From assembly GCA_964247595.1 (NCBI GenBank), contig CAXTUW010000016.1, positions 614-64,613 on the forward strand: DNA of 64,000 bases. Reading direction: 5' to 3'. The notes beneath the pieces were generated by a model. It made no database searches. It was not told the origin of the DNA and saw nothing but the letters and a program-made list of their open reading frames with translations. Of this stretch, positions 19,194-27,327 are shown piece by piece; the first letter of the stretch is position 1, and each line of letters begins with the position of its first letter. Both the position numbers and the translations under genes were made by a program. The stretch comes from an uncultured Acidobacteriaceae bacterium (GTDB lineage: Bacteria > Acidobacteriota > Terriglobia > Terriglobales > Acidobacteriaceae).

Positions 19194-19772
19194 TTACTGT
19201 TCGGAGGTCCACTTCAGCGAGGCGAGCCAAAGGTCGTGTGCGCGGTGCATGAAATTACTACCGAACTGCGGAGCCTTGATGTCGTTGGGGCCAATGCCAG
19301 ACTCTTCCGTAATCACACGACAGCCCGTGGGTTCCGGAACAAAATGCCAGGTGTGATAGTGCGATGGTTTGGCCTCATCGAGGCCCTGCGGAATCCAGCT
19401 TAGGCGAGAATCAGGATCAAATTCGTCGATCCGGGTGGTGATCGGCGTGCCAAAGATCTTTAATTGCAGCACGGTGCCGTGCTGGATTGCCTTTCCGGGT
19501 GTCTCCATCTTGACATCCTTGGTAAGGACGAACCAGTTAGGCCAGTCGGTGACGTCGGTGAAGCGTGTCCAGACATGGTGGCAATCGGCGTGAATCAGAA
19601 GCTCGTTGTGGGAAAAAACAGGGGCAATCTTCGGATCTGAAGCTACCGGCCAATGTATGGACTTATCGCGATGAGAGAGATCGTCCGCAGCCGCAGCAGA
19701 TTGTGCCGCGGCTGTGCCGAGAGCGCAGTTTAGGGCAACAACAATAGAAATGATTCTCGGTAAACGGGCCAT
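19194..19772 (-). CDS. Secreted SRPBCC/START (polyketide cyclase-like) domain protein
   Basis: Signal peptide; HVWTRFTDVTDWPNWF, RIDEFDPDSRLSW, HTWHFVPEPTGCRVITEE pattern. Confidence 0.72.
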   Translation of the reverse strand: MARLPRIISIVVALNCALGTAAAQSAAAADDLSHRDKSIHWPVASDPKIAPVFSHNELLIHADCHHVWTRFTDVTDWPNWFVLTKDVKMETPGKAIQHGTVLQLKIFGTPITTRIDEFDPDSRLSWIPQGLDEAKPSHYHTWHFVPEPTGCRVITEESGIGPNDIKAPQFGSNFMHRAHDLWLASLKWTSEQ

Positions 19773-19920
19773 ACCCTTGATTCCTCTCAGACAATAGTTC
19801 CCGGCGCATCGTTCCCCGGCCTAACTGGCTAGAAGCATAGCAAGCCTTCTTACAGCGGGCTCCATCGTTCGTAGGGCTCCGCGTCGAAGCACGGCGAAGA
19901 CCAACCTCGGCAACGGCCGT

Positions 19921-21936
19921 TTACATTGCACTTGGCACAGCGATCCCCAGCCATGCCAACACCCGCACCAACTCCCGCCGTGCTACCGCCGCCGTCGCCA
20001 GCAACAACGCCCGCCGCGTCGCATCGGTCTCCTTTAAGATGTTGTGCCGGTGATAGAAATTGTTGAAGCTCTGCGCTAGCGTGAAGGCATACCTTGCCAA
20101 GATTGCCGGCTCGGCAGCAGCAATCCCACCCTCCAGCACCAGCGTGAGCCGCGAAACCAGCAGCCAAAGCTCCCAAATATCATTCTCACCCGCGAGCAGG
20201 GCGGATAAGTCCAGGTCCGCCACAGCCGCGAGTGCGTCGGCTTCCGTTACACCAGCCTTGCGGAAGATATTGGCCGCACGCACCGCAGCGTACTGCACAT
20301 AGGGCCCGGTCTCGCCCTCAAAGCTGAGCGCATCGCGATAGTCAAAGGCAATCACGGTGTTGCGCGTGAACCGCAGCATAAAGAATCGCAGCGCCCCGAT
20401 GCCGATGGCCTCAGCGATGCTCCCCCGCTCCTCTTCGCTGAGCTCCGGATGGCGGCTATCGACTTCACCGCGGGCGCCCTCGATCATGCGGTCGATGAGG
20501 TCATCGGCCTTCACGCCAAAGCCCTTGCGGCCCGAGACCTCGATGTACGCCCGCCCCTGGTCCTCCTCGCTCAGCGTGTAGCCAAGCTCCTGAGCGCAGC
20601 GCGGCGTCAGCGCCACCATCGCGTAGTTTAGGTGCGTGTAGTGCTCGCTTTCCGCGACGAACCCCAGCGCCCGTAGCGCTTCCTTCACCTGCGTCTGCGG
20701 ATCGTCCTGGCGCGAATCGATCACGTTGTACACCGCATCCGCATGTCCAAAACTGGGGTGATCCATATCCCCCTGCATGGCCGAGATCCAGCAGATGCGG
20801 TCTGGGTATTGGTGAAATCGCGCATAGCCGAAGTCCAGCCCCAGCAGCCCAAACTTCCACAGGTGGTACGCGATGTCCTTACCCACGTAGGTCACCGTGC
20901 CGTTGGAGCGGATGATGATCTTGGCATCCTCATCGACCTCGCCCGGCGCGAGCGGCGCGGCAACCCCGGCAGCCGAATGGGCAGCCCGGCGCATGACCCA
21001 GCAGCCCGCATTCTTGCCCTGCGTTTCGTGGTAGAGCACGCCCTTATCGACCATCAACTGCCGCGCCGCCTCCCAGAAATGAAGGTGCAGGATCTCACTC
21101 TCACGCGGCAGGAAGTCGTACTCGATGCCCAACCGCTGCATCGTCTCCAAATGCCGGCGCAGCACCCCAGTGGCGATTAGGTCGCCAATCTCAGCGGTGT
21201 CGTTGTCCCCGGCCTCGATCTTGTGCAGCGTATCCAGCCGGATCTGTTTACGTGCCGCAGCCTGCCCCGGATCGGTCTCGTACCACTGCGACACCTGCGC
21301 GTACAAATCCCAGCAAAGATAGTCGAGCCGTTCATTGGTTTCAAGCAGCTCGGTCATCCACTCCCGCACCTGCGCCAGCGTCATGCCTTTAAGCTCTGTG
21401 ATGGCAACGACGATATCGGCCACCTGCACGCCGGTGTTGTCGATGTAGTTCTGCACACCGAGGTCGTAACCCCGCTTCCATGCAGCCTCGGTGCCCTCGC
21501 CCGGCCGCAGCATGCGGGCAAAGCTGTCGCCCAGAACGGCGTTGCGCAGATGTCCCACATGCGCGGCCTTATTGGGGTTAATGCTGGTGTGCTCCAGCAG
21601 CCGGAAACCCGGCCCACCCACATGCGCATGCTCGTCCGCGGCGATGCGCCGCACGGTATCCATACGATCGAGCTTCACGTTCAGGTAGCCCGCGCCGGCG
21701 ATCTCGACTGCGGCGACACCGGGCGTCTCCGCCAAGGCCGGTTGCAGCTCGGTTGCGATTGCGCGCGGTGCCTTCTTCAAGCGCTTGGCCAGCTCAAAGG
21801 CAATCGGCAACGCCATTTCGCCAAGTTCGATTTTGGGGGGCAGCTCTACCGGAAAGCTGGCAAGCTCCAGATCGTAGCGTTCCTTGAGCACAGCGGCAAC
21901 GCGCCGTTGCAGCTGTTCTTGCAGGGTCTTATACAT
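19921..21936 (-). CDS. argS: Arginine--tRNA ligase
   Basis: HTSINPNKAAHVGHLRN (HIGH), IIRSNGTVTYVGKDIAYH, SGRKG, FEGETGPYVQYA. Confidence 0.97.
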   Translation of the reverse strand: MYKTLQEQLQRRVAAVLKERYDLELASFPVELPPKIELGEMALPIAFELAKRLKKAPRAIATELQPALAETPGVAAVEIAGAGYLNVKLDRMDTVRRIAADEHAHVGGPGFRLLEHTSINPNKAAHVGHLRNAVLGDSFARMLRPGEGTEAAWKRGYDLGVQNYIDNTGVQVADIVVAITELKGMTLAQVREWMTELLETNERLDYLCWDLYAQVSQWYETDPGQAAARKQIRLDTLHKIEAGDNDTAEIGDLIATGVLRRHLETMQRLGIEYDFLPRESEILHLHFWEAARQLMVDKGVLYHETQGKNAGCWVMRRAAHSAAGVAAPLAPGEVDEDAKIIIRSNGTVTYVGKDIAYHLWKFGLLGLDFGYARFHQYPDRICWISAMQGDMDHPSFGHADAVYNVIDSRQDDPQTQVKEALRALGFVAESEHYTHLNYAMVALTPRCAQELGYTLSEEDQGRAYIEVSGRKGFGVKADDLIDRMIEGARGEVDSRHPELSEEERGSIAEAIGIGALRFFMLRFTRNTVIAFDYRDALSFEGETGPYVQYAAVRAANIFRKAGVTEADALAAVADLDLSALLAGENDIWELWLLVSRLTLVLEGGIAAAEPAILARYAFTLAQSFNNFYHRHNILKETDATRRALLLATAAVARRELVRVLAWLGIAVPSAM

Positions 21937-21955
21937 ACGATGGCCGTCCTTACGT

Positions 21956-23020
21956 CTAGGGCAACTGAGCCGGTAATGATTCCAGTTCCTGCGTCAGCGG
22001 CAGGCGTCGTGACTGGTGCAAGCGGTGTGCCAGGAACCAGATCCCCCCCACACTCGTAATTGCAAGAATTAAGTAGAGATGCATGACTAAACCATAGAGT
22101 CCACTCGCTGCCGGGCTGGCCCCGTGACGGACCAGGGCATCCTTGCAGGCAAGCTCGAACGGACCGATGCCGCCAGGAGAACTGGGGATGAGAAAGGAGA
22201 GGTTGGCCTCCGCGGCAGCCTGCCATGGTCCGATCGCATCCGTGGTTAACCCAACCGTCTTGGCTAAGGACACGTACAGCATCCCTTCACACGCCCATGC
22301 GACAAAGCTGTAAACGATCAACAGAAGCGTGCCGAGGATGCCGATGTCGCTGATGCAGGCCAGTGCCAGCATCAGCCAGTGCTCCAGCTTTCGCATGCTT
22401 TGATTCTTCGCCCGATGAAAGAAACTTTGTAATGGTACCTGCAAAGTTTTTGCCCCGAAGACCATCACCAATAATCCGGTGGTCGATACAAGCATGCCGA
22501 TCTCGGCTACCGTCCGCAGATGTGGCGAGACCACCAGACCGAATTGTGTGGTGATCGTGAATAGGACGCCAAGCGAGAAGACATCCAGCAACTTTTCAAG
22601 AATGACTGTGCTTAGGACTACGGATGGTGTGGTGTTTACATCACGCGCATAGGTGAAAATACGCATAACATCGCCAATACGCAAAGGCAGGATATTGTTC
22701 GCCGCCAATGACGTCATAAAGATCCGCGCACAGGCTGAGAAGCGCGCTCCGACACTGCGCAACATGGCGTATGCACGATAACAACGCATACCGTATCCGG
22801 AGATGCTGAAAACGACAATTCCCAGGATCCACAAAGGCGAGACGATGTGCAGCCTGTGAAAGGCCGCGGGGTCAAAACCGCGTTTGCCGTTCGGCCCCAA
22901 ACGCACATACGTCCACCAAAGGAAAAATGCGCTGATCGCAAATCCCGGCAGGGTCTTCAGCAGCTTAAGACGGCCATTCCCTGAATCTTTTGTTTCCTGT
23001 TCCATGCTCCCCTGTGACAC
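21956..23020 (-). CDS. Lysylphosphatidylglycerol-synthase TM / UPF0104 flippase-like membrane protein
   Basis: AANNILPLRIGDVMR, TVILEKLLDV and IPSSPGGIGPFE motifs; multiple TM segments. Confidence 0.88.
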   Translation of the reverse strand: MSQGSMEQETKDSGNGRLKLLKTLPGFAISAFFLWWTYVRLGPNGKRGFDPAAFHRLHIVSPLWILGIVVFSISGYGMRCYRAYAMLRSVGARFSACARIFMTSLAANNILPLRIGDVMRIFTYARDVNTTPSVVLSTVILEKLLDVFSLGVLFTITTQFGLVVSPHLRTVAEIGMLVSTTGLLVMVFGAKTLQVPLQSFFHRAKNQSMRKLEHWLMLALACISDIGILGTLLLIVYSFVAWACEGMLYVSLAKTVGLTTDAIGPWQAAAEANLSFLIPSSPGGIGPFELACKDALVRHGASPAASGLYGLVMHLYLILAITSVGGIWFLAHRLHQSRRLPLTQELESLPAQLP

Positions 23021-23056
23021 ACCCCGTCCACGCTCGCGGTACAGTCAAACAGTCGC

Positions 23057-24688
23057 ATGGAGATGTCCCCCCATTGTACCGTTTCACCACCACACAGCCG
23101 ATTCCGTCTGCTTCCATTGCTTCCCCTGACCTTTGGCGTCTTGCTGGTCCATGGCTATCATCCCTGGGCCGAGGACGGCGGCCTGTATGTTGCGGGCATC
23201 GAACATCTGCTGAACCCTGCGCTGTTTCCCAAAGACACCGCCTTTGTTACAGAGCACCTCAGGTACTCGGTATTCGCTCCCCTGCTCGCAGCCGCGGTTC
23301 GCTTCACTCACCTGTCCCTCGCGGCTGTGTTGTTCTCGACCTATCTTCTAAGCATCGCGCTAATGCTCTTTGCAGCCCTGCGCCTGGCCGAGCGCTGCAT
23401 CGCTACGCGGGCGGGCCAGTGGATCGCCGTCGCCCTGCTTGCGGCCTGGTGGACGCTGCCCGTTGCTGGTACCTCTCTGCTGCTGATGGACCCCTATGTC
23501 ACGGCGCGGAGCCTGTCGACACCGCTTTCCCTGCTCGCGGTAGGCGCGGCGCTCGACTCCTGGCCTTGGTCTTGGTTCAGATCGGAACCCAAAACCACGA
23601 TCAACGTCCAGCGACAATCCCGTTCGCCGCAGCAGGAGGGCAGCGTCCCTTCTGCCCTCCTTTGCATTTTGGCGCTTACCGGGGCCGCGCTTTTTCACCC
23701 CTTGATGGCCGGCTATGCCGTGGGCTTGGTTCTGTTCCTTCGTTTGGAGCGCAGCCAATCGCCAGCACGCCTGTACGTGCTTCTAACAGCCGTGGTTTTG
23801 GTGGGCGCAGGGACCTTACAGGCAATCAGCCGGCCCGACTCCGCGCCTTCCGCAGCAGCTGCCTACTCTCGCTACTACTGGTTCCTATCGCAATGGCAAT
23901 GGTATGAGTGGCTCGGTTTACTCGGCCCCGTTCTGATCTTCGCTACTTTTTTGCTGTGGAAACCTGCTTCCTTGAATGACATCGTGATCACGGTGTGCCG
24001 TGCGGCCCTTCGCCTGGCAGCCCTGTCCGTACTCGTGGCGGTTTGCCTCTCGCACGAGCACTTTGGGTCGCATGTTGTTGCAAGCCTGCAGCCCCTGCGT
24101 GCGTTTCTTCTGCTGTATACCGTGATGATTCTGCTTCTCGGTGGAGCGCTCGCCGCCTGCGCCAGCAGGCCCGCACCTCAGGCGCGGCAACTATGGTTAG
24201 TGCGTGTGCTTGCAGCCGTGCCCATATTGTTCGTCGGTGCCATGGCGATCACGATGTATGGCGTGCAGCGTGCCGCCTTCCCCGCCTCCATCCATGGGGA
24301 GATCCCAGGGCGCGTCAACCCCAACGATTGGGTGCAGGCTTTCCTGTGGGCGCGGGCGCATACGCGCCAGGATGCGCTGTTTGCGCTCGATGCCCGCTAT
24401 GTGAACACAGAGGGCGAAGATGCGCAGACCTTCCGCGCCATTGCCGAGCGCAGCGCCATCCCGGATTTCTCAAAGGACGGCGGCGAGGCGGCCATCGCTC
24501 CGGCGCTCGCCCCCACATGGCTGCATGCATCAGCGGCCACTCGCCACTTGAGCGAACTTCGGGACCCGGAGCGCGATGCCCTGCTGCAGCCCTTTGGCGT
24601 GCAATGGATGGTGCTTCACGCCTCGGCTGCAACAGCGCACCCTTGCCCTTACCGCAACCCGACCGTCAAAGTTTGCATTCTGCTTTAG
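23057..24688 (+). CDS. Polytopic membrane protein of unknown function, GT-C-like topology
   Basis: Many hydrophobic segments, acidic motif GYHPWAEDGGLY after the first TM, soluble C-terminal domain (DALFALDARY...DFSKDGG). Confidence 0.7.
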   Translation: MEMSPHCTVSPPHSRFRLLPLLPLTFGVLLVHGYHPWAEDGGLYVAGIEHLLNPALFPKDTAFVTEHLRYSVFAPLLAAAVRFTHLSLAAVLFSTYLLSIALMLFAALRLAERCIATRAGQWIAVALLAAWWTLPVAGTSLLLMDPYVTARSLSTPLSLLAVGAALDSWPWSWFRSEPKTTINVQRQSRSPQQEGSVPSALLCILALTGAALFHPLMAGYAVGLVLFLRLERSQSPARLYVLLTAVVLVGAGTLQAISRPDSAPSAAAAYSRYYWFLSQWQWYEWLGLLGPVLIFATFLLWKPASLNDIVITVCRAALRLAALSVLVAVCLSHEHFGSHVVASLQPLRAFLLLYTVMILLLGGALAACASRPAPQARQLWLVRVLAAVPILFVGAMAITMYGVQRAAFPASIHGEIPGRVNPNDWVQAFLWARAHTRQDALFALDARYVNTEGEDAQTFRAIAERSAIPDFSKDGGEAAIAPALAPTWLHASAATRHLSELRDPERDALLQPFGVQWMVLHASAATAHPCPYRNPTVKVCILL

Positions 24689-24726
24689 GAAGCCTGATAG
24701 AGTCGCTTCCGTGAAAGGGTGTGGCT

Positions 24727-27327
24727 TTATTCACAATGCTCCAATCGCTGCCGCGCGTGCCGGCGCAGCATGGAACGGAGCAGAGCGGCGTTGAGCATGC
24801 AAAGCACGGCCACGGCGAGAAAAAGCAACCACGGTGCCCTGGTCACAAGCGCGTCCAATTGCCTCCAATGCCTCGCTGCCGTGCTCGTGGCTGCTCCAGC
24901 GATTTGCCGTTCCCTCATCTCGAGCGGTTCCGCAACCTGTTCAGGCACAACAGCGGACGCGAGGGCATCCGATGGCGCTACGGCCGGCGCACGGCCACCC
25001 GCAACGAACGTGACTCCACGAGATTCTTCGGCCTGCGCAAGAGCCCGTACATTCCCGAATGAGCCAAGCCACGCAAATAGGAAAAGTAGTGGCACCACGG
25101 CTCGGTACCGTGTGCGCGAGCGCTGCCGGCACAGCTTCACGAGGCTGCGCACCGTGCCGGCAAAGCCATGAGCCGCAAGCTGCAGAATGCGCCAAAAACT
25201 TAACAGCGGGTGATCATCCTCCAGCGTATCGTTCCATCCCAGCCAGGTATCGGCACGGGAGTAAAGCACCATGGTCAGCGCCTCCTCCTCCTGCAACGTG
25301 AGCTCATCGAAGTGCGCGCGTAGAACGTTCCCTTCCACGCCGATGAGCGTGGCCGGCAGCGTCGCCTCACCATCCAGCACCGGAAAGGTTAGGCTCACTG
25401 GGTCGCCCGGGTTGGCTTCAACCAGCCGCTCCGCCCGAATCATCACACCGCCGCTGGAGACATCCGCGGTCGCTCCCTCCAGCTGTGTGCCGTCGGAGAA
25501 CGTAACGTTTGCCGGCACGGTCATCGAAACACGAACGGTCTCTCGCCGCTGCTGACTCTCGCGCGCCACGGCTGTGGCGACACTCAGGATGGTCAAGTTG
25601 AACACAGTCCACACGACGTTCATCCAGATCGCGCCGGGATGCCCGCCGTCATACATGTTCGCGGGTACGTTGAACAGCACGCCGAGAATGGGCGTTGACG
25701 TCATCACATGAGGGATTGCAAAGAAGCGTGGGATCGCGCAAAGCAGCCCCAGTAGATTGAGCGAAAGCAGAAGCAGAAATGGTGTGGCAATGCGCTTGTC
25801 GAAGAAGCTGCTACGGATCACGCCGCCTTTGGCGGTTACGCTGAAGCGGCCCATGCGTGGATGAATCAGCGCCAGCATGGTCGGAAGAAAGATGTAGGGC
25901 GCGAGCACGGTCTCATAGATCTCGTTCCAGAACGAGTGCCGGTGATGGCCCTGAATGCGCGCGTTGGCGATCTTTGCCAGAAGCAGGTGCGGCACGGCGT
26001 AGGCCACAATGGCCGCCCAGTACCCCGGCAGATTTGTGTGGCCAAACACCAGGTAAATCAAAGGTGCCGTAAGAAAAATCAAGCGTGGCAGCGCATAAAG
26101 AAAATGCGACATGGCGTTAAAGTAGCAAAGCCGCTGCGCCGCCGTGAGTCCGCGGGCGAGCAGTGGATTGTCAAGGCGCAGTACCTGCACCATGCCGCGC
26201 GCCCATCGGATACGCTGGCGCACGTGGCCGCTTAGCCGCTCGGTAGCCAGACCGGCCGCCTGTGGGATGTTGATGTACGCCGTGTTCCAGCCTTTCATCT
26301 GCATGCGCAGACTGGTGTGCGCGTCCTCAGTGACGGTCTCGATGGCGATCCCGCCGACCTCATCAAGAGCCGACCTTCGCATTACCGCGCATGAACCGCA
26401 GAAGAAGGTCGCGTTCCAGAAGTCGTTCCCATCCTGGATGACGCCGTAGAACAGCTCACCCTCATTCGGCACCACGCGAAACTGATCGAGATTGCGCTCA
26501 AACGGATCGGGCGAGTAGAGGTGATGGGGTGTTTGCAGCATGCCTAGCTTGGGATCTCGGCCGAACCAGCCCATCGTGATCTGCAGAAAGGAGCGCGTCG
26601 GCACATGATCCGAATCGAAGAGGGCTACAAACGGAGCATTCAGCTGCTCTAGAGCCTGGTTGATATTGCCGGCTTTGGCGAAACGGTTCGTTCTTCGCGT
26701 CACGTAGCCGATGCCCGCCTCCTCACAAAAGACGCGGAACTCCTCCCGGCGTCCATCATCGAGGATGTGCACATGCAAACGATCGGCTGGCCAGTCGATA
26801 TTCAACGCGGCCAGAGCGGTGTATTTGACGACGCTCAGCGGCTCATTGAAGGTCGGAATGAGGAGGTCGACCTCGGGCCAAAGATCCATATTTTCCGGCA
26901 ACGGGACCGGCGTTCTTTGCAGCGGCCACAGCGTCTGCAGGTAGCCCAGGAATAGGTTCAGAAAAGCATAGCCTTCGGCCAACAGCAGCAAACTGACGAA
27001 GAAGGCATCAAGGGCCGTCCAACCGGTGCCCGGAACACGAAAGAACCGATGCACGGCGGCAACTCGCCAGAGCCCATAGCGCAGCGTCGAAAAACAGGAC
27101 AGCAGCGTAAGGGTCAACGTAATCAGATAGGAATTGGAAGCGCGATCTGCGATGCCACCCAGCAAAAGCATGAGCGCCCCCACGATCGCCTGCTGTGGCC
27201 AGGGCAGTTGCAAACCCGCTGCGCCGCACAACAGACACAATCCCAAGATCAGCAGCAGCGCGCGCAGAAGCCGCAGCGAAGCGGGTCCCTTCATAGAGCG
27301 GTCGCGTCCTGGCGAGCGAAGGGTCAT
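24727..27327 (-). CDS. bcsA: Cellulose synthase catalytic subunit BcsA (GT2 plus PilZ) fused to a short BcsB-like tail
   Basis: IPTFNEP, LDDG, AKAGN, FDSDH, FFCGS, TED, QRIRW; PilZ QQRRETVR and DVSSGG. ATG 27327 overlaps the bcsQ stop (ATGA). Confidence 0.95.
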   Translation of the reverse strand: MTLRSPGRDRSMKGPASLRLLRALLLILGLCLLCGAAGLQLPWPQQAIVGALMLLLGGIADRASNSYLITLTLTLLSCFSTLRYGLWRVAAVHRFFRVPGTGWTALDAFFVSLLLLAEGYAFLNLFLGYLQTLWPLQRTPVPLPENMDLWPEVDLLIPTFNEPLSVVKYTALAALNIDWPADRLHVHILDDGRREEFRVFCEEAGIGYVTRRTNRFAKAGNINQALEQLNAPFVALFDSDHVPTRSFLQITMGWFGRDPKLGMLQTPHHLYSPDPFERNLDQFRVVPNEGELFYGVIQDGNDFWNATFFCGSCAVMRRSALDEVGGIAIETVTEDAHTSLRMQMKGWNTAYINIPQAAGLATERLSGHVRQRIRWARGMVQVLRLDNPLLARGLTAAQRLCYFNAMSHFLYALPRLIFLTAPLIYLVFGHTNLPGYWAAIVAYAVPHLLLAKIANARIQGHHRHSFWNEIYETVLAPYIFLPTMLALIHPRMGRFSVTAKGGVIRSSFFDKRIATPFLLLLSLNLLGLLCAIPRFFAIPHVMTSTPILGVLFNVPANMYDGGHPGAIWMNVVWTVFNLTILSVATAVARESQQRRETVRVSMTVPANVTFSDGTQLEGATADVSSGGVMIRAERLVEANPGDPVSLTFPVLDGEATLPATLIGVEGNVLRAHFDELTLQEEEALTMVLYSRADTWLGWNDTLEDDHPLLSFWRILQLAAHGFAGTVRSLVKLCRQRSRTRYRAVVPLLFLFAWLGSFGNVRALAQAEESRGVTFVAGGRAPAVAPSDALASAVVPEQVAEPLEMRERQIAGAATSTAARHWRQLDALVTRAPWLLFLAVAVLCMLNAALLRSMLRRHARQRLEHCE

